DNA of 61,702 nt, filler included, from Sphacelaria rigidula (taxonomy: Eukaryota), in assembly GCA_964200075.2 (NCBI GenBank). It is 10 parts of 10 records of this genome, joined end to end, with 100 filler letters (N's around TTAATTAATTAA, not from the genome) between each part and the next. Parts side by side here need not be neighbours in the genome. Positions count along the whole stretch, not along the records: positions 1 to 6,081 come from CAXNAA020022368.1; positions 6,182 to 12,262 come from CAXNAA020022369.1; 8 more parts are not named here. The stretch is one strand, 5' to 3'. How positions within the stretch are numbered: position 1 is the stretch's first letter; each line of letters starts with the position of its first letter. The notes below the pieces were generated by a model. The model searched no databases. It worked only from the letters and a program-made list of their open reading frames with translations, and was not told the origin of the DNA. Both the position numbers and the translations under genes were made by a program. This document shows positions 1 through 10,844 of this stretch, piece after piece.

Positions 1-2
1 AA

Positions 3-98
3 CCCCCCCCCCCATGCCCCCGCCCGAAAGGAATGGGGGGTCAATGGTCAAACCACAAAGGCAAGAAACAAAAGAGTAACCCCCCCCCCCCCCCCCCT
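3..98 (+). mobile_element. Short 3'-terminal fragment of the poly(C)-tailed LINE
   Basis: CGAAAGGAATG..GGTCAATGGTCAAACCACAAAGGCAAGAAACAAAAGAGTAA matches the LINE 3' end at 13500-13580 and 53872-53950. C-runs lie on both sides. Confidence 0.7.
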
Positions 99-340
99 CA
101 CCTGCGTCTCAAGCTCCCTGCAACGTCGCCTGGCGGCTGACGCCCTCATGGCCACCTTCCGTAGGGCCATTTTCAATTCCTCTACTCCCCTGTACGGAGA
201 GTATGTCGGAGGCGCGGATAGTTGGGTGAGGCGGGGAGGGACAGCACAGTGGACCCTCCCAGAACTACCGGCGGATTAGCAGTGTTTGCTGGATGCTCGG
301 CTATTCAGGAGTCTCGTATTTTCGTGCAATGTCTCTTTAG

Positions 341-690
341 GATTTGATCGATTTGGTTGATGAATTGTCGCCCTTCAACTGCCCACCCCCAGGTAGTCAT
401 GGCCCAGCCGTGGCCGTTACCCATCAAATAGACGTGGCCAGACAATAAACGAAACCAAAACACTCGCTGAAGAATAACGAGGAAAAAACGGGAAATCTGA
501 AACAGACCAACAGTGTAGATTAAGAAAAAAAACGAAAAAGAAGACAGCAGAAAAAGGTGGAGATGCCAAAAGGACTCAGAGCAGCAGAGTAGGTACAAAC
601 ACACCAGGGGGGCACCGCAGAACCACCGACCAAGGACACAACCAACAGCTGCTAGGGCCGGACATAATTCTCCGATTGGCGGCCCTCGAC
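341..690 (-). repeat. Interspersed repeat ending in an (AATC)n tail; probable 3' end of a second non-LTR family
   Basis: On the plus strand, (GATT)n followed by a cttcaactg..cccccagg..cagccgtgg core recurs at about 341, 5706, 9328 and 13103 on three different contigs. Confidence 0.6.
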
Positions 691-734
691 GCAGCAGCTT
701 CTCGTTTGTGACGGCGGTTCGATATTACGTCCTG

Positions 735-965
735 CCCATCTAGGATATCCTTCTAGGATATCAATTTCCATCTGGGACGTCCATCTGGGATATGGATATC
801 CATCTGGTATGTCACTCTAGGGGATGTCCATGAGGTAGATCCATCTGAGACGTCCATGTCGTAGATCCATTTATGATATCCATATCGCAGGTGGATGTCC
901 ATATCCCAGGTGCATATCCCAAAGGGGTATCGAAACGCCAGATGGATCTGGTGTCCCATATGGAG
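735..965. repeat. Degenerate minisatellite of GGATATCC / ATCCATCTG / GGACGTCC motifs
   Basis: Dense recurrence of these short self-complementary motifs; no coherent ORF. Confidence 0.55.
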
Positions 966-2220
966 GTCTCGCGATCATTCAAGACGGGGGTGGATTGCTT
1001 GGCGAGATACCTTGGACGCACATCTTTACACACCATGTGCTGACCCACTGGATCCACTCTGAATTCACGCGCGTTAAATCACAAAGAGGATAGACAGAGA
1101 GATCTAAGATAGCGTCTACTATACGAAGACGCGAGGATTTTGAGTTAGTTGGCCGTTGAGCACGATGGACGGTATGTTTCTGTTCCGTTGAATGTTGATG
1201 CGTTGAACAAACTGTTCAAGGCCTTCCCGTGCGCGAAATTACCCTGGAAAAATGGTTGTTCGGGCAAATGTTGACTAAACTCATTGAGACTTAGGTCGAG
1301 GGTGAGGGTGGAGGGGAGGGAGGGGGGCTCGCGAGATGTTTTTAACTTTGATATGCTCATCTACATCGCAGAATGAACAGGGATGTAGGTGATATACACG
1401 CCTGGGCCGGTAAGATCATCCTTGCAACTTAACTGACGCAGCTGACCGATGAGTTTTTAGACGTTAGCTCAAAACAATGCAACCTGTTCTTGACGGCAAA
1501 TCCGGAAATCTGTGTTCTCTATACAAACCGCAAAGTGCCGACCTCCAGTTTCTGGCACTTCGATCGTTATCCACCAATGAGTTATACGGTGCGTCACCTC
1601 TGCGGTAGACTCGCCTCGTCGTCGTCGAGCTCGTCTCCCCAGCTGGACCCAACGCTTTCCTCGCCAAACGGCAACAACCATTTTTCGCGGAGCGGTGTAG
1701 CGCACAGTACATAAATTTCATACACAGGAATAGCGGATACAAAAGAACAACAAAAGTGCAGCGATGCCAACGGTTTTACAGGGGAAACGCGCAGACACTT
1801 GGCGCGGAATATTAGGCGCACCGGCAGCGAAGCAGTCAGCAGGGCATTCAACACCGCAGGATAACGCAAGTAAAAGGGCTTGCGTAAACGGCATGAAGAA
1901 GAGAGATTTCGCGTGAAACATCCAAAGGCTGCTATTGATGTCAACGCCCATATACACCCGGAGCCGTTCTGGACCAGCATGAGATCTCCTGAGCGACATA
2001 TTTCACGAACAGTACTGCCCGTAGATGAGTACGGGGGGACTTGAGTCTCGCACGGGTCGTCGTTTTCCCATGGTGGGAAAGACTTCGTTTTCCGTTGGCG
2101 CGGGAGAGATCGATAGATCTAAGCGCTGCAGCCTTTCCACCAAAGGTACGCCCGAGTAAAAGATGTGCTAGTGTACTCATTGGTCAGTCGGATAAGTTTG
2201 CGTAAGTACCGAAGTTATGC

Positions 2221-2300
2221 CCCCCCCCCCCCCGCCGGCCCGCTCGCGGTCAATGGCCAAATGACCAAGGCGAGCAACAAATAAATACGCCCCCCCTCCT
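2221..2300 (+). mobile_element. Short 3'-terminal fragment of the poly(C)-tailed LINE
   Basis: GCGGTCAATGGCCAAATGACCAAGGCGAGCAACAAATAAATACGCCCCCCC, preceded by a long C-run. Confidence 0.7.
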
Positions 2301-3385
2301 CGCCCACAGGCGATGGGCATTGCGAACCTTGACGTTTTTGAAGCGGCGCTTTATAGCGGCGTCTCAACTTGCGCCGTTGGAGAGCTTACCGTCGAGATCT
2401 TTCCATGCATACGTATTTCGACTGTGCAGCACATGTTTACCCTCTAGCACAGAAACACCATGGGGGAAGATTCGATCGCTGTGGGGGTGTAGGCGGCGCG
2501 ACTTTACCAACTGGGCGACGCCTGGCGGGTCGAACGCATCTCTTCCACCTCGGACTCCAGTCTAGATACCTCCAAGTCGGCGGTCGTGTGTAGGCTCTGC
2601 GTCTCATCCATCGACAGAGCCAACCTGTCACGGAGCTACAAATCGCGACAAAAAGAGCGCAACCATGAGGCCGTTTGCATTTCTTGACCCACCGCTTCTA
2701 TCCAGTACAGAGTATGACCAGCAGATACAGTACGCATCTAGGATACTGATTGGCTCCCAACGGCACCAGGTGCCGATTAAAGAGAGCCGCGTTCGTCAAG
2801 GGTTTGCAGTTGCGAAGCAGAGCGGTGGGGCCTCGTGTTATGTACGCTATACCTGCTCCAGAAGATGTGATGTGCCCCAGGAGCACCATTGGCAAGTGAC
2901 GGAGTGCAACGGTCTGGGTTATCGGTTCCCCCCATTGCCTTTTGTCTCCTCATTTAGACACGAAAATTCTCCCTGCTTGAGATTCTCTGCCCATCAACAT
3001 ATCTCAACAAGGTCTCGAACGACGACAAAGTTCCGTCACGCGGCTTCCAAAGCTTCAAAAATATCGACGTTGCTTTGCCCTTTGAAAACTTACGATCCAC
3101 ATCTGTTTCAGCCTTGATGGGGGGCGAGGATACGCTGTCTGCCACCAGAGGATGTGACCCTTGATAGGTATACCTCAAGCTGCAGTCGTCGCAAGTGTGT
3201 ACTCTGCAGGAAATATTACTGCGGATAGTCCACGGAGAAGAGAGAGAAGGAGGTCGAAGGGAGACTGACAGGAGACTGAAAGCGAGTAAAACGTTTGTTG
3301 CTGTTTGTCGTTGTAGGGGAGAAGGAACACTAACGCATTGCTTGTCCTGTCCCTCCATTCTTCATTGTACATGGCGCATACGTAC

Positions 3386-5279
3386 CTCAACAACTTCGGC
3401 CTCCAAGCGCTTCACGTGCTCGCTATACCGACTGTCGCATGCTCTCCTCTCCCGGTCAATATCACTCTCCCGAGCCTGCAGAGCCGCGACGTTCAGCCCT
3501 TGGCTCTCCTCTGCGGCACGTGCGAGTTTCGTCTCGGTATGTGCTTGCTGCAACTCCTCCCTAAGTCGAGCCACTTCTAGGTTCTAAGCAGCGGTGTGGA
3601 AACGAAGACGGCGGCCTAAGTCAGCTGAGCTAAACCCCATACGGCGTACGACAACTCCGGAATAATTTTCATGAAAAGTGATAATTTTCAACGGCAATTT
3701 GCCCCGGTGGCTCAGCCGGTAATCTCGAAACCCTCTGACGGTTGGGTCGTAGGTTCGAATCTCGGTGCAGTCGCACGATCTTTGATTTTTTCTCACACAA
3801 TGCCCAACTGTGGAGAGTGAATATGTCGTGGGTACACAAAATTCGACAGCATGGTCGACGAGGGAAAGGGACTGCTGAATCCCTCTTGCGATAAAAAATA
3901 AGGCAAGCGCTGAAGAAGGAAGGTGAATAACTAAAACATATGAAAAAGAAAAAGCTCCTGTGTTGGCCTTCCTCCTGTGTGACTTCGGCTGGTGCGTCCA
4001 CATATACCAGATGGTGTAGACTGGCGTCCAGAATACATGGGATGGCGACACACACACAATCTAGTATGCCAATTTGGCATGCAACTGAATGATGCCTGTT
4101 CCAACCATTTTCCGAGGCCGGCGGTTGCAGAAGGCACGTCGGACATCCGACGTGAACCAACCAGCTAGGCGAGTAGTAGTTGCGAGTTTAACTGATGTTA
4201 ATTTTTTCATTCGGGCGTTTTATTCGGTGAATTGTGGTGGTTGTGATTTCCTCCTGTCTCGAAATGATCGAGGTTTGAAATAGGTGTGATGACTGCCATT
4301 TGAACAACGGGATTGTGCTACCGCAGTTCCTGCCGGTGGAACGGCAGCAAGTTGAACTAGTGATAGCTCAGCCCACCTGACCCCGGTGGTGTACCCGGTA
4401 TACCGGCGACCATGAAGGACCGTGCTTTGCTTTTCGCCACACCTTGAACCCCTTTTCTTCCTCGACACGAACCCATGGTCTCGAGGAATCAACCCATCTC
4501 CCCCCCGGTACACGCCTTTCATTTCGGTCTCGCGGGTCGGCTCAGCGCTCTCGCACCGCGTCGAATCTCGTAAAACCAAACTCAGTCAGACGAACTATCG
4601 TTGTTACTCACATATGTCCTCGCGTTGTCAACGATCTAAATCAGATACGTTGGAGAAAACAAATCCAAGAAGATCTGGCGGGAATCGAACCCAAGTTCTT
4701 CCCAAACTAATGATGTCAGTTGGGCCATTTTAATTTAGGACACCGGAGCGCGGTGGACTGCGGGTTGAAATCTCGACCTTTGCTGTCTTTTCGAGCACAA
4801 TCTGGTTTCCAATATTGAAGGCGCGAGAAAGTGAGCAGTAAAGAGAAGCCGAAGAGAGTCGATGGGATGCGGGAGGGCTGATTCTGATCTCGATCGAAAA
4901 ACGCCCGGCAGGTACCGGGGAAGATATGGGTGCATATCTTGACACCACGGACTCGTTCCGAGGAAACAGGAGAAATCTATGGCGTAAGGAAGAGAGAAAA
5001 TACAGCACCAGCGAGTCGACAAATACCTAGTAGTAATGACATATTCTTGGTTAGTCTACAGGAATGATCTACCCTATTACTTCGACAGGGTAGATCGGTA
5101 CCTCTCGATGGCCATACACGAAGAGAGCTAGGCTAAGGGGACTGACTCACTGCTGCAGACGTCGTCTCCCTGACGTCTCGTAGCTCTTCCTTGAGCCGCT
5201 CCACGTCTTGGGAACACTCCCGCGCTTCTTCCACAGCAGGGACATCATGCTCTCCTTTCCGATCGTCCAAGGATTCCAT
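3386..5279 (-). CDS. Coiled-coil protein of unknown function, two internal exons (5279-5151 and 3583-3386)
   Basis: Both exons have AG acceptors and GT donors (aaaacag|ATG..GCA|gtgagt; gcttag|AAC..GAG|gtacgt). Lengths are 129 and 198 bp, both phase 0, and they splice in frame: MESLDDRK...VERLKEELRDVRETTSAA/NLEVARLREELQQAH...VKRLEAEVVE. Confidence 0.7.
3701..3924 (+). mobile_element. tRNA-derived SINE (intronic)
   Basis: Pol III A-box-like TGGCTCAGCCGG (3708-3719) and B-box GGTTCGAATCT (3752-3762), followed by a non-tRNA body. A second copy of the head is on the minus strand at about 55630-55678. Confidence 0.7.
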
Positions 5280-5705
5280 CTGTTTTACGATACGGGGGGA
5301 AACGCCTCCGTTTGAACGGGGGTGAAAAACGGAACAAACCCAATACACACAGTCGTTCCGTGCTCGCTTTCGGCCATGTATGATGGACGTGTGCATTGAT
5401 TCCGACGAAAACAAATGTGCCTTTGTTCCTAAGCGTCGACTAGGGGTCATCATCCATGACCGATGTTTTAGGCATGCTATGTGTCGGGAAAAGTGCTGCT
5501 TGCCTGTGCCACCAAACTAGGAGTATCATTGCCTGTACACATGTAGAGTCGTTATTTACCAAGACACAACAAACTGCCTGTTGCAGTAGGTTCACGTCTG
5601 GTATTTATTTCAGCGGCCGCGGTATCCGGTTGGGTAGATTTCATTTACCGAAAGCGCTCCAGCTATCTTCGGTACAGGGTCATCATTCTCTGAGCAACCA
5701 CTACG

Positions 5706-5900
5706 TGATTTTGATGTGATTTGATTTGATGTGATTTGATTTGATTGTCACACTTCAACAGATCCCCCAGGAGTCATGCTCCAGCCATGGTCACATGATG
5801 TGCATGCCCGAGACAAGAGCAGAACGAAAATACTCGCTGAAGAAGAATGAAACAAAAAAGTAGAGAAGGTAGAACAGACCAACGGAGTTTACTAAGAAAA
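5706..5900 (-). repeat. (AATC)n-tailed interspersed repeat, copy 2
   Basis: Same core as 341-690 (cacttcaac..cccccaggagtcatg..cagccatgg..actcgctgaagaa). Confidence 0.6.
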
Positions 5901-6081
5901 ACGTGCGTTGCTATATCCGACACTTTCTACGATAGCCCCCCCCCCGAAAAAGTGCATGGTTTTGGAAGGCAAACTCTTCCCGTAAATCGAAATGGGAAAA
6001 TTAGAGCACAACGAGAAGCTGGGAATTCCCACGCTTGGGTTCGTTCTAGCCAGTGTCGCTAGTATGAGGCGCTTCATGCAG

Positions 6082-6181
6082 NNNNNNNNNNNNNNNNNNN
6101 NNNNNNNNNNNNNNNNNNNNNNNNNTTAATTAATTAANNNNNNNNNNNNNNNNNNNNNNNNNNNNNNNNNNNNNNNNNNNN
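6082..6181. other. Artificial contig-joining spacer (first of nine)
   Basis: 44 N + TTAATTAATTAA (stops in all six frames) + 44 N. Identical spacers at 12263-12362, 18443-18542, 24623-24722, 30803-30902, 36983-37082, 43163-43262, 49343-49442 and 55523-55622. Intervening segments are 6081, 6081 and then 6080 bp each, i.e. length-sorted contigs. Confidence 0.98.
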
Positions 6182-6328
6182 GTGGTTGGGGGGGGGTGGG
6201 GGGGGGGGGGGGGGGGGGGGCAGAAGGTTTTGTGAGCTCGTGAGATTGCGTGTGGCCCTTAAGTTTATGGAAGGAGGGGGGAGAGCAGAACGAAGAGGAG
6301 GAGAGAAGTATTTTATACGATAGGACGA

Positions 6329-8679
6329 GGGGGGGGGGGGCGGGGCGTACTCATTCGTTGCTTGCCTTAGTCGTTCGACCATTGACCACGCATCCCTTTC
6401 GAGACGCAGCATCGTTTCCACTCCTAATAAAGGCACTCAAACATTCGGGCGAATATTGCGTTTCTACACCGCAAACCTTGTGCATATCTTAACCCCTCCC
6501 TGATTCGCCGTCTGTGGCCACTATCTGTCCCCTAGTATGCGATGGTTTTCTCTCTTCAGTCAAATGTATCAAACGACTCCAAACCACCTTCGCTTACTTC
6601 CCGCATTTGCCCGTGCAACACATCCCGCTCCTGCCTGTGTAGCTCACATTCTGCAACTCTATGGGTTCTACTCTCTATTGCTCTGCCACAGGGGCAATTC
6701 TGTACATTTACTTCCTCCTTCACTTGACCATTGGTATATATATTTCTTCTTTCCGGCAGGTCCAGGTCCCTCACCCGAAATCGCAGTTCCAATTTTTTCG
6801 CCGAGTGCATGGGGTCATGCAGATATGTTTTCATCCCTTTTCTCTTCTGACCCCCCCCGTATATCTTGCAGAGCAATGCTACGATAGGGGTTGCCCTTTT
6901 TGTTTCTGGGTCTCGTTTTTATGGGAGCCCAAATATATGGGGCTTACTGTGCAACCCAAATCTCCGGAGACAGGACATGGAGATTCAAACAGGGGCCTTT
7001 TAGTGAACTGGCATCATTTTCAGTCTATTTTTAGTGAAAAATGATGCCGATTCTCAAAATGATACGTCCAACACCCCGAGAAACATTTTCGCTCAAAAAG
7101 TGCAACCTCTACCGTAGCATCACTCTGCAGGTGCTCTTCTTTGTCGGTTTCCGTCTTGGTCATTATTTTCCCCTTATTTGTATCATGTCTTGCTTTTGTT
7201 TTGCACCCCCCGCATTCACGTATGGACAGTATCTCGTCTTGGTCTCCTCCTACCTCCTTCCATACTTTCTCGACTTCTCTATCCTACCTTATTTCACCCT
7301 GCTTTTTCGTCACTTTCTTCCATACAGCCCCATCAACTATGGCTGGCAATCTCTTTCTTTTCGTCTTCTTCAAGCCATATTGCCGTTGGAGTTTTGTCAT
7401 GGCTCTGTTTGTTTCAAGTGGGTACATTCCCAACCCTGATCTCAATGCTGTAGTACTCGTCGTTTTGGAACATCCAAGTATTTTCGTAGCTGCTGTCATC
7501 TGTACTGTTTCCAACATCTTGACCAATTCCCCGTTCCCTTCCCATACTTCTGCATATTCCAGCTTTGGTACGATCACGTTCATCCGGATGCATCTCTTAA
7601 TCCTAGTATCTAGGTGCGAGTCTCTGAGGATCATGTCCATCTTTCCTATCTGTGCCTTACCCCTTCATGTTACTTCATTCATGTATGCACCGCAAGAACA
7701 GTTTTTTATATATTTACGCCAAATCATGCGTACTGGTCTACAATCGGCAGTTCCTCTTCTCCTCACTTGTATTTGAACTCTTAAGGGTTCTTCTTATCTT
7801 CGTTGCATTCAAGTACCGCGCATATGTAAATGTTCGCTGTCATTTTCCATTTAGTTGTGAATTCTAGCGCCTTCTCTATTTGGTTCTGCAATCCTTCTGG
7901 TGTTTCTGATATCCGCACGAAATCATCCGCGAACACCAATCCTGATACCTCATCTACCCCCACCTTGACTCCTTGATTTGCTGCTTCTATTGCCATTGTC
8001 AGGTCAAAATAAATAATTTGAATAAAGTGGGTGACAACGTAACGTATATCCTTGTGCAACCCCTTGTAAGACATCACAATATTTCGATATTTCCCCACCT
8101 ACACCACAGCACTTTTGCGCATTCTGTCCTCTTCTCCATCTCTCTCCACATTTTCCCTCTGGTGCCAGTTTCCCATATCTTTTTCCACAGCCCATTTCTG
8201 CATACTGCCATAGGCCTTCTGCACGTCTAGAAAGAAACAGTACGTTGTTAGCCGGGCGTCATTTCTGCCTTGAATAATCTAACCTAATGTGTACACATAG
8301 TGTGCGCGACTACTTTTCGGTCTAGAACCTGCTTGGCCTTCGCTGATTTTTTCTTCCTTCTCTAGCATCGTCCCCAATCTAAGAATGTTCAGAATCTTCT
8401 AGAATGTCTCCCCTACGGTGCTAGGTAGCGTTGTTCCCCTACAATTCCCTGGGTCAGCCTTGTGTCGTCTTTCGAAAAGGTTCACTACCCCTTCTCTCCA
8501 CTCCTTGAGTGGGTACTCGTTATCCCATATCCAATTATACAGGATAGCCACCATGGTGATCATCTCCGCCCTCCTGTACTTTAGAAATCAGTTCAATATT
8601 GTCTGCCCCTGCTGCGTTTCTGTTCTTGAGTTTCGCTACGCACTCCTTTACTTCCTCTCTTGTAAAGTCTCTGCAATCT

Positions 8680-8685
<6 letters not shown>
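6329..8685 (-). mobile_element. Non-LTR retrotransposon (LINE), 5'-truncated and degenerate; RT domain plus C-terminal zinc knuckle
   Basis: Frameshifted minus-strand pieces give TREEVKECVAKLKNRNAAGAD, FFLDVQKAY, GLVFADDFV (YADD equivalent), PKLEYAEVWEG and CPCGRAIESRTHRVAEC (CCHC-type). Ends ATGAGTACGCCCCG + C12. Interrupted by a MITE at 6869-7127. Confidence 0.9.
6869..7127. mobile_element. MITE nested in the LINE
   Basis: About 34-bp imperfect TIRs: left CAGAGCAATGCTACGATAGGGGTTGCCCTTTTTG; reverse complement of right CAGAGTGATGCTACGGTAGAGGTTGCACTTTTTG. Splits the LINE sequence TATATCTT|CAGGTGCTC, which is intact at about 16200. Confidence 0.85.
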
Positions 8686-8710
<25 letters not shown>

Positions 8711-9327
8711 CTTCACATTATAAACCGTTCCGATATCTGCGCGGTACATTTGTACTGGGCATCTGATGCGGGCGCCTTCCGTGGTCACAGGCTAGCAAAA
8801 ACCAAAATAGACCCAGATTCAAAACTCACAAAACGCGATACAAGCAAAATAGGAATAAATAACACTGAAAAAAGGGAGTACATATGGCTCACCTCAGAAG
8901 ATCCGGTGCCGCAGGTGGCCATTCGGACCTTCAGGGGGTGGCACTCGGTTTTCCAACTCGACGCGCGACAAGTAGAAATGAACACAGGGTCCGACTACGG
9001 GCGAGACTCAAGGCCCCAAATACCGCCACCCAAAGAACTAAAGAACTACGAATCGCAATGTTCCATCTTGCGGCTTCTCGAGGGACAGCAATACGTACAA
9101 GCATACCAGGTGTATCAAGACAAGAACTGCATGACACAACGACACCCGTCATCGGGGGGGGTTCACATCGCATTGTGCACAATTTTACAAGAGAGTTCTC
9201 GTGGCCGATAATAACCACGTAATCGTTTGTGCTTACTTGCGGCCGTTGCACCAGAACAGCTCAGCCAAAGCAGTGCTCATCCAGCGTTGGAGACGGCGGT
9301 TGGTGCAAAGGCAGAGGGAGCGCGGCT

Positions 9328-9600
9328 TGATTGATTGATTGATTGATTGCCGCACTTTAACTGACCCCCCAGGGGTCCACCCGTGGTCTCATGATAGACC
9401 TACCCAACAAAAACGAAGCTGAAACACGCTCTAGGGGAAAAAAAAAAAGGAACAGAAAAGAAAAAGAGGGATCGAACAGAACGACATAGCAGACTAAGTC
9501 GTGACAAAAAGTAATAATAATAATAATAATAAGTCAACACAACCAAAGCACAGAAAGAAATGGCCGACCTAAAACAAGAAAAAGGAAAACAAGAGGAAAC
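9328..9600 (-). repeat. (AATC)n-tailed interspersed repeat, copy 3
   Basis: (TTGA)5 then gcactttaactgaccccccagg..ccgtgg..gatagacctacccaac, matching 13103-13215. Confidence 0.6.
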
Positions 9601-9609
9601 GCGGCAAGC

Positions 9610-9881
9610 TTGCGAATCAAGTCTCGCGTAAGAGGTACGCCTCGTGTACCCTGCGCACAGCTGCGCAGAGTGTTTGACGCTCAAAGCCGTTCACAAGGCA
9701 AGGTCAGTGAAGGAAGAAGCTGGCCGCGAAGGAGAAGGCGTGTTTGCACCCTTTTTCCTTCGCGACCAGCTCCTCCCTGCACTGACCTTGCTCCTCGTGG
9801 ACAGCTTTCAGCGCCGAGCGCACGCGCCAGCTTTGTGTAGGGGACACGTGGCGCGCCTCCGATGCGAGACTTCATTCGCAA
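9610..9881. repeat. Long imperfect inverted repeat (fold-back, about 130-bp arms)
   Basis: TTGCGAATCAAGTCTCGC...GCTGGCCGCGAAGGAGAAGG mirrors CCTTTTTCCTTCGCGACCAGC...GCGAGACTTCATTCGCAA around a loop of about 11 nt. Confidence 0.85.
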
Positions 9882-10607
9882 AATTGGCGTGTTCCCTCTG
9901 CCCTTCCCTCACCCGCCGTCTCCAATGTTGAATAAGCACTGCTTTGGCTGAGCTGTTCTCGTGCAACAGCAACCAGCAAGCAAAAAGCGATAAAACGATT
10001 GGGGTATTGTCGTCCACGAGAACGGTGTTGCGTAACTGTTTTCCGATGCCACCCCCCTCACCACCCCCAAGGCGTGCTTGTGATGGGCTGGCGGGTCACA
10101 CCGTTGAGCCGCTGGGACGAGGCTGTGTGTTTACTCGTTCGTTCTCGCATGGTGAGGCAAAGGTCAGCACATGTGAGACATCAGCTCGGGTGCGGCGCTG
10201 GTGCGTTATGCCTCTCCTCGGAGTATGCCAATACCCTGGTGACGCAATGGACAATAACTCAGTACGATGCGAAACACCCGACCAAAAAAACAACGCTTGG
10301 TACTTCTCTAAGCGACAACTGTCTCACGATGCGACGTAACACTACGTAACGCGACGCAGCCTTGCGTGTCCCTCCCGGGTGGACATCGTGACCGGAGTTC
10401 CTCGGGTTGGCTTTTTGCGAGAGACCATCCGTGAACACTATTCATGGATCCGTTCATCGATGAAGGACGAAAAAACGCAACCACGCACGCACTAAAAACT
10501 CATATTTTTCCACAAGGCGAACATTCATATATCGTGACGAAAGATACCGTGACGTAGTAAAAACGGCTCGCATCGACATCGTGACGGAATGACACCCCTT
10601 GAAATAC

Positions 10608-10844
10608 CTCAACAGCCCATCCCTTACCGTCGTCACTGCCTCCAGCATCGGCCCCGCTGTTCGAGTCCGAGGCAAGCCACAATCCCGTTCCAATGCACTC
10701 CGGCGAATTATCAGCTGTTGCCCGTAACGTCGATAATAACGTGAGAGAGGTGACTACGGAGTGCGACATGAATCTCTGGACATCTTGATGATCTATCTGG
10801 TCGAATTGGCGGCTAGGGGAAGGTAGCGCCGATTGCCGAACATC
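10608..10844 (-). CDS. Possible internal exon of an unknown protein
   Basis: ctcacgcag| acceptor after a pyrimidine-rich tract, GAG|gtattt donor, 237 bp open and phase 0 (DVRQSALPSP...GKGWAVE). No recognisable motif. Confidence 0.35.

Noticed and set aside
3701..3775. Possible tRNA gene
   Set aside because: A and B boxes are present, but there is no acceptor-stem pairing, it continues into a repeat body, and a second diverged copy exists; interpreted as a SINE head.
8750..9251. 153-aa and overlapping ORFs
   Set aside because: No recognisable motif or splice structure; most short ORFs in the track are chance frames in intronic or repeat DNA.
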